Shown: positions 26,615-37,179, counted from the stretch's first letter. The stretch: 64,000 nt of DNA from a virus (IMGVR_UViG_3300029711_000003:36538-100537), one strand, 5' to 3'. Program-made: numbers and translations. The notes: generated from the sequence alone by a model not told the origin.

Positions 26615-27229
26615 ATGTTAAAAGTCATGATAAAGGAATTTGTTAATAAAATTGTATCTTTGGACAACGTTCATCAATGGGCAGAACGTGATAGCGTTAT
26701 CAAAGAAACCGTATCGCAACATTCATTTAAGGTTGCATCATTTGCCATCTTCATTCTTGATAGATTGGAAAATGAAAATTGTAATGTAATTGGTAAAGGA
26801 AATCAAGATTGGATTGAGTTCCGAAAGAATTGCGTTGAGTATGCTGTTTTACACGACTTTGATGAAGCAATACTTGGACGTGATATCAGTCATGTCGTTA
26901 AGTATAATAAACATAATGGCGACAAAATCAGAAAGGATATTGATGACTATGTCAATTATGAAATTGAACGTCTTGGATTAAATCTGATTAAGGATGAAAT
27001 AAATCCTAATGTTAAGACGTTTGTGAAATTCTGCGATTGGCTTGCTATGATGTCTTTTATTTATCGTAACAAATCAATGGGAGTGCGAACATTCGGTAAT
27101 GAGAGAATGTATTGCCAAGATAAAGCAACAGAAAGCAGTGTGGTAGTTCAATCTATGTTGAACAAAGTTTTCCATATTGAAAGTTTCAAATGTTTGGTAG
27201 AAATACTTAATGACTATATTTATGAATGA
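26615..27229 (+). CDS. HD-domain phosphohydrolase (YfbR-like 5-prime deoxynucleotidase)
   Basis: Start set to ATG 26615 (track uses TTG 26588). VSQHSFKVASFAIFIL and AVLHDFDEAILGRDISHVVK give the H...HD...D pattern. Confidence 0.6.
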   Translation: MLKVMIKEFVNKIVSLDNVHQWAERDSVIKETVSQHSFKVASFAIFILDRLENENCNVIGKGNQDWIEFRKNCVEYAVLHDFDEAILGRDISHVVKYNKHNGDKIRKDIDDYVNYEIERLGLNLIKDEINPNVKTFVKFCDWLAMMSFIYRNKSMGVRTFGNERMYCQDKATESSVVVQSMLNKVFHIESFKCLVEILNDYIYE

Positions 27230-27566
27230 ACAGATAGTTGAAGACCTGAAAATAATTCAGGAAAAGGAGCCTGATGCGTATAAGGCGGTAGAAATGGTGA
27301 TTCACCATATAGCAGGCACTTACAGCGATAAGTACGAAGTGAAAGAAGATACGGTCATTGATACAAAGAAAATGCTGTACAATGCTAAAATGGGCAAGTA
27401 CATCAATATATATCAAGTCAACCGTTATCTTCAAAGAGTTCTTTCGGAGGGTAAAAAGAAGTCTGATTTGCTGAATGATATTTTCAAAGCTATACATTAT
27501 TTGGTGTTTGAAATAACAAGGCGAATTAAACAAGGCGAAATAGATAACACTGAATATAAGGTATAA
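27210..27566 (+). CDS. DUF3310-like protein
   Basis: 118 aa. KYINIYQVNRYLQRVLSEGKKKSDLLNDIFKAIHYLVFEI resembles the N.IKYL.R...KG...DL.KA.HYL pattern. Confidence 0.35.
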   Translation: MTIFMNEQIVEDLKIIQEKEPDAYKAVEMVIHHIAGTYSDKYEVKEDTVIDTKKMLYNAKMGKYINIYQVNRYLQRVLSEGKKKSDLLNDIFKAIHYLVFEITRRIKQGEIDNTEYKV

Positions 27567-27567
27567 C

Positions 27568-28089
27568 ATGGAAAAACGTGTAATACAAATTAGTGGCAAT
27601 ACCTATAAACTCATATTTGACAATTTTGATGAGGACGTAGATATTGATTCATTGTTGAAGATTGACTACTCAAACCTCATTGGAGAGCTTGTTACGTTTC
27701 CAGTGATATTGAATAGGTTTGGCATATTACTTGCTGAAGCTGAATCGCAAGTTGCCGAAACTAAACTCAATATGGATGTGTATGAAGCTAAAACCAAAGA
27801 AAGGTTGAGGATTGAACTTGCTGAACAGAATAATGGAAAAACTCCTACGGTTGAAGCTCTGAATAATGCCGTTGTGTCTAACAAGGCATATCAAGCTATG
27901 AAACGTAAGTATATCGAAGTTGTGAAAACACGTGATTACATCAATTCTATATTTTGGGCGGTCAAGGATAAGTCCGAGAAGTTGAACAAGCTATCCTTGT
28001 CTATACAGCCAGGCGATTTGTCTGACTCTGTTATAGAAGGTAGAGTGAACAACGTTTTAGTTAAAAAGATAAAGAAAGTTATTGAATAA
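27568..28089 (+). CDS. UvsY-like recombination mediator (tentative)
   Basis: 173 aa helical protein immediately upstream of the SSB-like and UvsX-like genes. Assignment rests mainly on synteny. Confidence 0.3.
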   Translation: MEKRVIQISGNTYKLIFDNFDEDVDIDSLLKIDYSNLIGELVTFPVILNRFGILLAEAESQVAETKLNMDVYEAKTKERLRIELAEQNNGKTPTVEALNNAVVSNKAYQAMKRKYIEVVKTRDYINSIFWAVKDKSEKLNKLSLSIQPGDLSDSVIEGRVNNVLVKKIKKVIE

Positions 28090-28106
28090 ATTGTTAATTA
28101 AAAAGA

Positions 28107-29393
28107 ATGGCAACAAAAAATTCAGCTGCGAGCTTGCGTTCACAATTGAAAGCAACTCCGATTAAGAGCCTGAAAAAACAGGTTGACGAAGACAACGAAA
28201 TGATTGGCGCATATGCTGCTAATGAGTATTTGAACTTGGAAGATGGTAAGACAATTAAAATCCGTATCTTTCCAGCTCATCCAGGTGTTGAAAACTTCTA
28301 TTTACCTAAGAAATGTTATTGGCTATCCATTGCCGGCAATGACGGCGATATGCGACGTGCTCAAGTACTGGATAGCCGTGCTCATGGCGGTACGAAGTAC
28401 GATTTGGTTGATGAGTACGTTAAGTGGGCTAAGAAGAAGTGGGCTAAGGATAGCGACAGATTGGACGCTTTGACTGGTACTGGACCAAACTCTAATAGCC
28501 TCAATCCTCAATACTCTTGGCTGTGCTATGCTGACCGTGTAACCGCTGATGACCCATTGAAGGCAAAAGTTTGGGAATTCAAGAAAATGGTTCGGGATGC
28601 TCTGAACAAGCTGGCGTTCTCCGAAGATGAGGATGAGGTTATTGAGATTGACCCGTTCACTGACCCAGATGAAGGTCTGCCTATTCTTGTTAAGTATATG
28701 AAAAATCCTAACAAGAAAAAGGGTGAAACTTATTATGAAGTATCATTTCCGAAGAAGGTGACGGCAAGACCGCTTACTGACGAAGAAATTGAGTATTTCA
28801 TGACTTTGAAACCGCTCACAGAGCTGTTACCGAAGTATGGTATCAGAGATTTTGAAAGAGCTTTGGAAGGCTTGCAAAACTTTGATGAGGAAAATGAAAT
28901 GGGCTTGTTTGACGATGACGATTGGTTGGAACATGTTGAGGAAATCAAGGCTCAATATGACGGTGAAGAGGATGAAGACGACAAACCAGCTAAGAAGAAA
29001 ACCTCAAAGAAAGTCACCAAAAAGTCCGTAGAGGATGAAGACGATGACGAAGAAGAAACGGAGGAAGAAGAAAAGCCGAAAGCAAAGGGAAAGACAAACA
29101 AGAGAAAGCCTGAGCCCGAAGATGAAGAGGATGATGAAGAAGAAACTGAGGAGCCTGAAGAGGAAGAAGCAGACGACAACGAAGAAGATGATGGGCTTGA
29201 TGATTTGGATAGAGCAGGATTGAAGAAGTATATCCGAGAAAATGAACTTGATATTTCAATCAAGAAGTCCATGTCTGACGATGACGACAACGAAGAAGAG
29301 CCTGAAGAAGAGGAAGAAGATGATGAGGAAGAAAAGCCGAAGGCAAAAGTATCACTTGCTGACATCAAAAAGAAACTCGCAGGCAAGAAATAA
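28107..29393 (+). CDS. gp32-like ssDNA-binding protein with long acidic/basic C-terminal region
   Basis: 428 aa. GKTIKIRIFPA, YSWLCYADRVTADDPLKAKVWEFKKMVRDALNKLA and IDPFTDPDEGLPILVKY parallel the T4 gp32 segments AVIRFLP, SYWANILVVKDP...KVFKYRFGKKIWDKI and PWEGANFVLKV. The acidic tail carries a HeH-like motif. Confidence 0.5.
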   Translation: MATKNSAASLRSQLKATPIKSLKKQVDEDNEMIGAYAANEYLNLEDGKTIKIRIFPAHPGVENFYLPKKCYWLSIAGNDGDMRRAQVLDSRAHGGTKYDLVDEYVKWAKKKWAKDSDRLDALTGTGPNSNSLNPQYSWLCYADRVTADDPLKAKVWEFKKMVRDALNKLAFSEDEDEVIEIDPFTDPDEGLPILVKYMKNPNKKKGETYYEVSFPKKVTARPLTDEEIEYFMTLKPLTELLPKYGIRDFERALEGLQNFDEENEMGLFDDDDWLEHVEEIKAQYDGEEDEDDKPAKKKTSKKVTKKSVEDEDDDEEETEEEEKPKAKGKTNKRKPEPEDEEDDEEETEEPEEEEADDNEEDDGLDDLDRAGLKKYIRENELDISIKKSMSDDDDNEEEPEEEEEDDEEEKPKAKVSLADIKKKLAGKK

Positions 29394-29422
29394 TTAAGAT
29401 AGAGAATTTACTGTTTTTTGAG

Positions 29423-29460
29423 CCACCCGTGTCTGTGATAGATGTGGGTGGTTTTCTTTT
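29423..29460 (+). terminator. rho-independent terminator
   Basis: CCACCCGTGTC / GATGTGGGTGG stem (includes G-U pairs), then TTTTCTTTT. Confidence 0.65.
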
Positions 29461-29497
29461 TATCAGCGTTATTATAAATATCTAAAAGTAATGTATT

Positions 29498-30634
29498 ATG
29501 ACAAAAAGTATCATTGATAAAATTGTTCAAAAATTTAATTCTGAAGACGTTATTAAGTTTTCTGATAAAAATGGGTTTGCAGAAGTAGAAAGTTGGGCTC
29601 ACACAGGAAGTCCTACACTTGATTACAATCTTCATACTTTCGGATTGCCTACTGGTATAGTGGAGATTGCAGGAGCAAGCCGTTCAGGCAAGACAACCAT
29701 TGGTTTAATGGCTATGAAATACTTTCTACTGGAAAATGTAGATAATGGCATAGCAGTCATTCTTTCAAGCGAAAATAGAGATAATAAAGATTATGCCTTA
29801 CAGCTTGGATTGCCTGTAAATAGAATTATCATTGTTAAAATTAAGTATGTAGAGGCTATGTTCATGCAGGTTAAAAAACTCATCATGGATACAGATGAGA
29901 TAATGAAACCAATGAAACTCAAACCCAAGTTTTTCTTTCTTTGGGATAGTCTTGGAGCAACGCTTTCAAAATCTGAACTTGATACTATGGAAGAGAATAC
30001 AAAACGTATGGAGAAAGAACTTCAGAGGGGAAGCGAGGTTGATGAAATAGAGTTGAAGAGTGAGAAGATGATGGCATTTGCCAAAGAAGCTAAGAAGTTT
30101 GCTAAGAGTTTAATGGCAGAAATGTACACTCATACTATGCACTTTGTTATGTTAAATCATCAATATGATAATACAGCACCAGGAAGTTTCATAACTACCA
30201 AAAAATCAACTGGAGGCGAATGGGTTGCTTTGTTTTCTTGTTTACGATTATCTACCAGCATTGTAAAACATGAGAAAATAGATGATGAAGAAGTAGCTCA
30301 GATAACAAGAGTAAAAGTTGTTAAAAATGACTACGGAAGCCGTAAGTACACCGATATAAGGATATTGCTTGGTTATGGCATAATACTTTCTCAAGAGGAT
30401 ATTGATTATGCTTTGGAAAATGGTATATTGCAAAAAGAAGGAGCAAAGAAAATAAGTTTTATGAAAGGCAAGTTGTCGTGGAGTTCTCCGAGAGAACTTT
30501 TCAATAATTATAGACAACATAATAAGTTCCTCAAGGTTTTGGAAAATAAGATAAGAAAGTCAATGCAGAAAGACCTTATTGATTTGAAAGAAAATCTTGC
30601 TAAGAATATAGAAATTGAGGAAGATGAAGAATAA
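29498..30634 (+). CDS. RecA-family recombinase (UvsX-like)
   Basis: 378 aa. Walker A GASRSGKTT. Walker B FFFLWDSLGA. Flanked by the SSB-like and Mre11/Rad50-like genes. Confidence 0.7.
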   Translation: MTKSIIDKIVQKFNSEDVIKFSDKNGFAEVESWAHTGSPTLDYNLHTFGLPTGIVEIAGASRSGKTTIGLMAMKYFLLENVDNGIAVILSSENRDNKDYALQLGLPVNRIIIVKIKYVEAMFMQVKKLIMDTDEIMKPMKLKPKFFFLWDSLGATLSKSELDTMEENTKRMEKELQRGSEVDEIELKSEKMMAFAKEAKKFAKSLMAEMYTHTMHFVMLNHQYDNTAPGSFITTKKSTGGEWVALFSCLRLSTSIVKHEKIDDEEVAQITRVKVVKNDYGSRKYTDIRILLGYGIILSQEDIDYALENGILQKEGAKKISFMKGKLSWSSPRELFNNYRQHNKFLKVLENKIRKSMQKDLIDLKENLAKNIEIEEDEE

Positions 30635-31718
30635 GTATGCAGTAGGTGTATTGATAAATGATATACATCTTGATAAGAGCAATGGAAGTTTAGTCAAAGA
30701 CATCTTCCAACAGCTTATGAAAGTTTGCAAAGAGTACAACACCCATCGTATATTCTGCGGTGGGGATGTATTCACTAACAGGTCTGGTCAGCCTTTACAA
30801 TGCTTAACAGATTGGAAAGAAATATTAGAAAAATTAAAAGAAAAGGGCTATGAATTTTATGTTATTCCAGGAAATCATGACAAAACTGATAGCAATAGCG
30901 AAAAAAGCTATCTTGACATTTTTGGGGGAAATCATGTTCATTTGTTTCGTAATGCTGGCCGTGTTTTGCTTGATGGTTGTGTTATCGGTTTCATTCCTTA
31001 TTTCCAAGATGAAAAATGGTTGGAAGAATTTCAAAGATTGGAGGATGAGATTAATGACAACTTGATAGAAGAAGATATATATATTGATGACGCTACGATA
31101 CTGATAACTCATATGGGGTTTGATGGTGTTGTTAATAATGACGGTAGTCGTGTTAGTTCTATTATTAAGCCGTCTATGTTTAAGAATTGGACTAAGGTTT
31201 TGATTGGTCATTATCATAACGCATCTGAATTAGCAGACAATGTTATTTACACAGGTTCAGCTTATCAAAACAACTATGGAGAGAATATAACAGACAAAGG
31301 TTTTACAGTCATTTTTAATGACGGTTCAATTAAACACGTTCAATCTGATTTTCCGAAATATATCAAAGAAGTTATTGACGCTAATGATAAGGAAACTTTA
31401 ATGAATTTGTTGGAAAAGTACGGAGGTGAAGAACGTGATTACATACGGTTTGTTTTTGTAGGAAAGAAAACCGATTGTCAAAAGATAAACATTGCTGAAA
31501 TACAAGTAAAATATGGCATCGACTGCAAGTTTGTCAGTAACGAAGAAAAAGAAGCTATTGAGTTATCGGAAGATGACGCTGTTCTTGAATACGACAAGAA
31601 AACTCTTACAAAGGACTTTATGAAGTTCTGTTCAGATAACGACATAAAGGGTAAACAATTCAAGTATGGTTTTGATTTGATAAAAGGTGTAAAGTATGTG
31701 GAATCCAGTAAAAATTGA
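30624..31718 (+). CDS. Mre11/SbcD-like nuclease (T4 gp47-like)
   Basis: Start set to ATG 30624. Metallophosphatase motifs NDIHLD, GGDVFTNR, GNHD, ITHMG, GHYH. Confidence 0.8.
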   Translation: MKNKYAVGVLINDIHLDKSNGSLVKDIFQQLMKVCKEYNTHRIFCGGDVFTNRSGQPLQCLTDWKEILEKLKEKGYEFYVIPGNHDKTDSNSEKSYLDIFGGNHVHLFRNAGRVLLDGCVIGFIPYFQDEKWLEEFQRLEDEINDNLIEEDIYIDDATILITHMGFDGVVNNDGSRVSSIIKPSMFKNWTKVLIGHYHNASELADNVIYTGSAYQNNYGENITDKGFTVIFNDGSIKHVQSDFPKYIKEVIDANDKETLMNLLEKYGGEERDYIRFVFVGKKTDCQKINIAEIQVKYGIDCKFVSNEEKEAIELSEDDAVLEYDKKTLTKDFMKFCSDNDIKGKQFKYGFDLIKGVKYVESSKN

Positions 31719-33552
31719 GTTTTGTAATCTTTTTTCTCATAAGCATTCTCAATATGAGTTTAAGAACGGAAAGTGTGTTGTTATTTTTGGAGATAACAAA
31801 GATGATAAGTCACTTCAAAACAATGGTTCGGGAAAGACAACTTTGTTTGAAGCCGTTTGTATAGCATTGACTAATGAGAGCCTAAGAGGTTTGAAAAAAG
31901 AGAGTTTTATCAATCGGGAAGCGGATAATTGTAAGATTGTCTTTTGTCTTGAAAATTCTGCTATGAAGATGAAACTGAGAATTGAGCGTCAGTTCTTTCG
32001 TGGTAGTAAGCCCGCCAAGATAGCGATATATGAAAACGGTGAGTTAAACTCTCAGATTGTATCGGTAAATGAAGCAAACAAAAGAGTTCTTGAACTCATT
32101 GGAATAAGCCGAGAGGATTTGTTGAGGTATTTCATAATCAGCCAAGATAATCATTATACTTTCTTCACCGCAAGCGACAGCGAGAAAAAAGAGATAATGA
32201 ACCGCATCACTTCGGCTGATATGGTCAATCCAGTCATTGAGCAATTAGATTTGAAGTTCAAGGAGAAGGATGCCGAGTACAAACAGATTAATGATGAGAT
32301 AGGTAAGTTATCTGATAAAAGAGAATTATTGGAAGAGCAAAAGAAAGAAGTGCTTGCTAATGATAATACTGTCTATGAGATAAAGAGGATAACGGAAAGT
32401 AAGGAAACGGCTGAGGAAGTGATACGAGATAAGAATAATGATATTGCTAATTACAAAAAACGTATTGCTGAATTAGATAAGGAATTGTCTGATATTGTAT
32501 TGACCGATGTTACGGAGCTTGTAAAGAAAAAGAAGAAAATTCAATCCGAGTGTGATGATTTGGAGAGCGAATTGCTCAATAACAAAAAGTTGTTGAAGAA
32601 ATTGAAAAATGAATTAGGTCTGACCATAACTTGTCCTCATTGTCAAAAGGAGTTTATACCAGAGAGCCAGTTGAATCTTTCACCTGAAGAAATACGTGAA
32701 GCAATTGGTCAATTGAACAAAGAAACTTCTGATTTATCTTCCAAATTAGAGAAACGTGAAAAGAGTTTGGAAAAGGTCAAGAAAGATATATTGAGAGCCG
32801 AAGAACAAAAAGAGGAAATGGACAATTTATCCTACGAAAAGAATAAGCAACAAAGACGGATAAATAATGCTCAAGAAACTATAAAAGAAATGCAAGACAG
32901 CATTGATATATATGATAAACAGATTGCTGAATTAAAGAGAAAGAAGAAAGATAACAAATTGCTGAACAGCTTAAATGAACGCATAGCCGATTGTGGTAAA
33001 CAGATTGATGAATTAGTCAATCGTTTACAGCCCATAGCTGACGAAATAGACATGATTAAGTTTTGGCAATTCAATATGGGTAAAAACGGTTTTTCTACCT
33101 ATCTTGCTAATAAATCAATAAAGATTATCGAAGGAATAACAAACAGCTTTTTGAGGAAGTTTGGTGTTGATATATCGGTATTGATTAATGGTTTCAAAAT
33201 CCTACGTTCGGGAGAAGTAAGAGAGAAGATTGATGTGTTTGTTTTGAACGATGGTATCACCGCCGAACAATTTATGTCTAAGAGCGGAGGTGAAAGAGGT
33301 CGTGTTACACTTGCCGGCATACTTGGCATTCAGCATCTTATAAATCTATCTACAAACGGCAGAGGATTGAATTTGTTACTGTTAGATGAGGTTTTTCCTG
33401 GGATTGATGCTATGGGTCAGGAGAAAATTATCAAAGTACTGGAAACTCTTGGCGTAACTATTATGTTGATAACTCAGAATGTTAGTGAGTCATTTAATAA
33501 CGAGAATACATTGTATGTAGTTAAGTCAGGAGGCGAAAGCCGATATTTATAA
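31696..33552 (+). CDS. Rad50/SbcC-like ATPase (T4 gp46-like)
   Basis: 618 aa. Walker A NGSGKTTLFEA. Long coiled-coil with a CPHC hook. Signature SGGERGRVTLA. Walker B LLLLDEVF. Confidence 0.8.
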   Translation: MWNPVKIEFCNLFSHKHSQYEFKNGKCVVIFGDNKDDKSLQNNGSGKTTLFEAVCIALTNESLRGLKKESFINREADNCKIVFCLENSAMKMKLRIERQFFRGSKPAKIAIYENGELNSQIVSVNEANKRVLELIGISREDLLRYFIISQDNHYTFFTASDSEKKEIMNRITSADMVNPVIEQLDLKFKEKDAEYKQINDEIGKLSDKRELLEEQKKEVLANDNTVYEIKRITESKETAEEVIRDKNNDIANYKKRIAELDKELSDIVLTDVTELVKKKKKIQSECDDLESELLNNKKLLKKLKNELGLTITCPHCQKEFIPESQLNLSPEEIREAIGQLNKETSDLSSKLEKREKSLEKVKKDILRAEEQKEEMDNLSYEKNKQQRRINNAQETIKEMQDSIDIYDKQIAELKRKKKDNKLLNSLNERIADCGKQIDELVNRLQPIADEIDMIKFWQFNMGKNGFSTYLANKSIKIIEGITNSFLRKFGVDISVLINGFKILRSGEVREKIDVFVLNDGITAEQFMSKSGGERGRVTLAGILGIQHLINLSTNGRGLNLLLLDEVFPGIDAMGQEKIIKVLETLGVTIMLITQNVSESFNNENTLYVVKSGGESRYL

Positions 33553-33580
33553 AAATCTCAAAGTTTATATAAGATATGAA

Positions 33581-34093
33581 ATGTGTAAACTTATATTATA
33601 TATGGAAAACAGAATATGGATAAAACATGTTAAAGACAGAAAGTTAATAGCAATAGACCCAGGAAAAAACGGAGGAATTGCGGTGTATTCGGTAGATAAA
33701 GACAAGCTGTTAGAAGTTGTTAAAATGCCAGATACACCGCAAGACTTGCTTTCATTCTTGTCTAAGTATCAAGTAAACAGCAAATGTTATCTTGAGAAAG
33801 TAGGAGGAATGCCTGGCCAAGGAGGTATGGCGATGTTCAATTTTGGTAAGGGATTTGGGCATTTGGAAATGGCTTTATTATGTCGTAAAATACCGACTAT
33901 GGAGGTGACGCCTCAGAAGTGGCAGAAGGCATTGCAATTAGGCACTAAGGGTAATAAAAGTAACACCGAGTGGAAGAATAAGCTGAAAGCACGTGCTCAA
34001 CAGCTTTTTCCAAATGTTCCTATGACACTTGCCGTAGCCGATGCACTTTTAATTCTTGAATATTCAAAAATAACAGAAAGGGCTTCAAAATGA
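33581..34093 (+). CDS. RuvC-like Holliday junction resolvase
   Basis: 170 aa. IAIDPGKNGGIAVYS (first catalytic Asp) and ADALLILEY near the C-terminus. The start could instead be ATG 33602. Confidence 0.55.
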   Translation: MCKLILYMENRIWIKHVKDRKLIAIDPGKNGGIAVYSVDKDKLLEVVKMPDTPQDLLSFLSKYQVNSKCYLEKVGGMPGQGGMAMFNFGKGFGHLEMALLCRKIPTMEVTPQKWQKALQLGTKGNKSNTEWKNKLKARAQQLFPNVPMTLAVADALLILEYSKITERASK

Positions 34094-34425
34094 AATTTGT
34101 TTGTAGAAATAAGGATTGTAAAAAGTATGGGATTGAGGATGATTATTCTTCAGTCACATACAAGTTTATAGGCGGTGAGCTTATGGCTGAATGCGCTCCT
34201 TGTCCTTGTTGCGGACAACTAAGAGAGGAAATCAACCCAAACAGGGAAATTCCTTTGTCGGAGAAGAATGTGTCTATTGGTATGTACACCAGCGCATCGC
34301 CTGAGCAACGTAGAGAAATGTTGAAAAAGCGTTCTCACGAGCATTATGAGAAAGAGATTAAACCATATAAGGAACATAAAGTTCATGAAATGGTGAAAAG
34401 GTTTAAGGACGCAAGCAAAGGTTGA
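34090..34425 (+). CDS. Zn-ribbon protein
   Basis: 111 aa. CRNKDC...CAPCPCCG. ATGA overlap with the previous gene. Confidence 0.5.
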   Translation: MKFVCRNKDCKKYGIEDDYSSVTYKFIGGELMAECAPCPCCGQLREEINPNREIPLSEKNVSIGMYTSASPEQRREMLKKRSHEHYEKEIKPYKEHKVHEMVKRFKDASKG

Positions 34426-34430
34426 CCATT

Positions 34431-35057
34431 ATGAGTTTGGAGAGCGTATATTTCAAAAGAGATTATCACTACAAGGCTAAATTTGTCAACAAGTGTATTG
34501 CGATAATCAGATTCACGAAGAGTGAGAAAAGACGGAAAGCATATCACAATCTTGTATTCAAGATGATGAAAGATATTGTGAAGAAGAATATTGCTAATTA
34601 TTTGAATCTTCTTTCGTCTATTGACATGAAAGATACGATGCCGAGCCGTGATGAGTTGATTGCTGATTGTTACATAATTTTTGCTAAATGCGTTGAGAAG
34701 TATAAGCTGGGCAAAGGTTACAATTTTTATTTCTATTTCAACAAGTCTTTATCAAGAAACTTTTTCAGAGATTATCAAAAGGAAGTCCAACGCAATAATT
34801 CTGTGGAAATAACTGAAGCACTTATTACTGTAAATTCAGGCTTTCATGATTATCGTCAATTAGATACAACAGAGTTGCTGATGACGCATTTAGGTTTGAC
34901 TGAATTAGAAATAAGAATTTGTCGTTCAAGGATGTTAGGGCAAAAAACATCTGAATTTTTATCCGAAAATGAAGATGTTACTAATGCTCAATATTCTAAG
35001 TGTTTGAAAAGAGTTAAAGAGGTTTTGATTGAATTTCAAGAAGAAGGAGAAATATAA
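34431..35057 (+). CDS. second sigma-70-family-like factor (candidate)
   Basis: Start set to ATG 34431 (track uses TTG 34422). Region-2-like DELIADCYIIFAKCVEKYK..GYNFYFYFNKSLSRNFFRDYQKE. Region-4-like LGLTELEIRICRSRMLGQKTSEFLSE. Confidence 0.45.
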   Translation: MSLESVYFKRDYHYKAKFVNKCIAIIRFTKSEKRRKAYHNLVFKMMKDIVKKNIANYLNLLSSIDMKDTMPSRDELIADCYIIFAKCVEKYKLGKGYNFYFYFNKSLSRNFFRDYQKEVQRNNSVEITEALITVNSGFHDYRQLDTTELLMTHLGLTELEIRICRSRMLGQKTSEFLSENEDVTNAQYSKCLKRVKEVLIEFQEEGEI

Positions 35058-35058
35058 C

Positions 35059-35397
35059 ATGGAATATAACATTTTTCAAAAAGCTATTGAACAACTTGTA
35101 ATGGAAGGTAATGTAATTCTGCAAGTTGTTATGCCCGATGGCGAAAGTTTGTATTTTGCCGTATATAAGTGGCAAGAGGGTTATTTTAACACCGCTCAGT
35201 CTATTGACTTCAACACTGTAGAAGGGGTTAATATAACAGACTTTCTTTACAAGAATTCAGCACAGTACAATAATCGTACAACATTTATGTCTTTGTTCAA
35301 CAAAGTAATGGACGAAGGCGTTTTGATACGTTGTGAGTTTACCAAAGGTTCAACGTGGTATAAATGGAGCTCACCAATGGCTGTAACTAAGAGGTAA
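35059..35397 (+). CDS. hypothetical protein
   Basis: Start set to ATG 35059, preceded by AAGGAG (track uses TTG 35029 inside the previous gene). 112 aa. Confidence 0.5.
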   Translation: MEYNIFQKAIEQLVMEGNVILQVVMPDGESLYFAVYKWQEGYFNTAQSIDFNTVEGVNITDFLYKNSAQYNNRTTFMSLFNKVMDEGVLIRCEFTKGSTWYKWSSPMAVTKR

Positions 35398-35424
35398 CAT
35401 AGTTTACTTTGAAAAAGAATAATT

Positions 35425-36909
35425 ATGACACCTTCAAAGTATCAAACAGCTATTTATAAAGCATTTCAATTAACAAAAAGAGATATAAACATTTCAGCAG
35501 TAGCGGGAAGCGGAAAAACTACAACGCTGTTAGAATTGTTAAAGTTCGTACCGAGAGGAATGAAAACATTGTTTCTTGCTTTCAACAAAAGTATTGTTGA
35601 GGAATTGAAGAGCAGAAACGAAAATAAAGAAGCTGCTATAATGACAATTCATTCTTGCGGTTGGCGAGCTATTATGATACGATATGGTTCAAGAGCTAAG
35701 ATGAATCCAAATAAAACAATTGCTAAGACTGAAATTGTATTGGAGCAAAATAAAATTCCTGCTAAAAGATATAGTTATTTTTTCTATGTAATTCCGAAGC
35801 TGTTAGACCTTATGCGTTGTAACATGACGGAAAACACTTTGGAGGCAATTCGTGAGCTTGCTATGTATTATGACGTAGATATAGATGATGAGGATATTCC
35901 GTTGGTTCAGCGTGCCTTCAAATTGGTAGTAGGAGATAAGAGTCAGTTTGACTTTATGGACATGATATATGTTCCAGTTACTGACCCGTCAGTTAGGCTG
36001 AAAAAGTATGACTATGTTTTCTGCGATGAAAGTCAGGACTTTTCAATTTGTCAACATGAGTTCATTAAGCGTTGTATAAATCGTAGGGGCAGGCTGATAA
36101 CGGTGGGGGATGGCAACCAAGCAATCTATGGATTTGCGGGGGCAGATGCTAATAGCTATGATAAATTAGCATCCATAAATGGTCAGGCAATACGTTTGCC
36201 GCTTTCGGTATCGTACCGTTGTGCAAAAGCAATCGTTCTGGAAGCTCAGAGATATGTTCCATCAATATCATATGCTCCCAACGCTGAAGAAGGGAAAGTT
36301 GATATAAATAGTTTGACCACTATTCGGGAAGGCGATTGGATACTGTGTAGAAACTTGAAGCCTTTGATTCAAGCGTATCTTTGGTTGATAAAGAATAAGA
36401 TAAAATGTAAGATAAGGGGTAAGGATATTGCCGAAAACATTGTAAATCTTATAAGAAAGACTGGAGCAAAAACTCTTGATGGGCTTATGAATGCGTTGGA
36501 AATAGAGCGAAATAAATTGCTTGATAAGCTGACGAAAAAAGGAATAAGGAAACCGAGCCTACACCCGAAGATGGAAGTGCTGGAGCAAAAGCAGGAAGTG
36601 ATTGCTTTTCTGTCCGATGAAGTTACGAGCGTAGATGGATTGATAAAGTTACTTGAAGGCATATTCAGTGATGATACAGACGGTATATTGCTAAGTACAA
36701 TCCATAAAGCAAAGGGATTGGAAAATGAGCGTATATTCTTCATTTGTCCAGAGTTGATACCGAGTAAGTATGCTACGCAAGATTGGCAGATAGAGCAAGA
36801 ATGGCACTTAAAGTATGTAGCGGTGACCAGAGCTAAAAGAGAATTGATATATGTTCCTCAAAGTGTATTTGATAATGATTTGATGAGCAACGTTACTATT
36901 GACAAATAA
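35425..36909 (+). CDS. UvrD/PcrA-like SF1 helicase
   Basis: 494 aa. AVAGSGKTTTL, VFCDESQDFS, TIHKAKGLE, YVAVTRAK. Confidence 0.8.
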   Translation: MTPSKYQTAIYKAFQLTKRDINISAVAGSGKTTTLLELLKFVPRGMKTLFLAFNKSIVEELKSRNENKEAAIMTIHSCGWRAIMIRYGSRAKMNPNKTIAKTEIVLEQNKIPAKRYSYFFYVIPKLLDLMRCNMTENTLEAIRELAMYYDVDIDDEDIPLVQRAFKLVVGDKSQFDFMDMIYVPVTDPSVRLKKYDYVFCDESQDFSICQHEFIKRCINRRGRLITVGDGNQAIYGFAGADANSYDKLASINGQAIRLPLSVSYRCAKAIVLEAQRYVPSISYAPNAEEGKVDINSLTTIREGDWILCRNLKPLIQAYLWLIKNKIKCKIRGKDIAENIVNLIRKTGAKTLDGLMNALEIERNKLLDKLTKKGIRKPSLHPKMEVLEQKQEVIAFLSDEVTSVDGLIKLLEGIFSDDTDGILLSTIHKAKGLENERIFFICPELIPSKYATQDWQIEQEWHLKYVAVTRAKRELIYVPQSVFDNDLMSNVTIDK

Positions 36910-36942
36910 TCGTAAAATAAATTGTAAATATAAATTGTTATG
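36909..36942 (+). promoter_or_regulatory. 12-13-nt periodic ATYGTAAA leader repeats overlapping the start codon
   Basis: ATCGTAAA (36909), ATTGTAAA (36921), and ATTGTTATG (36934, containing ATG 36940). Confidence 0.45.
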
Positions 36943-37179
36943 GAAGAAACTAAGAAATGTCCACGCTGCGGACGTGAACTACCAAAGAGTGAGTTTTTCG
37001 GAGGTTATTGCAAGGAATGTAAGAGAGCTATGAACCGAGAATATACTCAGCGCAAGGCTAAGCTGCGCCGTGTAGGCAATCCGAAACTTGCTGAGTTTAC
37101 GCCACGTGAGCTCATGGAAGAGTTACGTTTCAGAGGATACAGAGGTGAACTAACATTTGAACAGAAAATAAAGATATGA
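36940..37179 (+). CDS. Zn-ribbon protein
   Basis: 79 aa. CPRCGR...CKEC. Confidence 0.5.
   Translation: MEETKKCPRCGRELPKSEFFGGYCKECKRAMNREYTQRKAKLRRVGNPKLAEFTPRELMEELRFRGYRGELTFEQKIKI

Noticed and set aside
28952-29386. 144-aa minus-strand ORF, extremely Ser-rich, plus the other minus-strand ORFs at 20463-21554 and 28323-29259
   Set aside because: They are antisense shadows of the GAA/GAG-rich (poly-Glu) tracts of well-supported + strand genes (TTC/CTC/TCT read on the other strand). They are low-complexity, have no independent start context, and every other gene is on the + strand.
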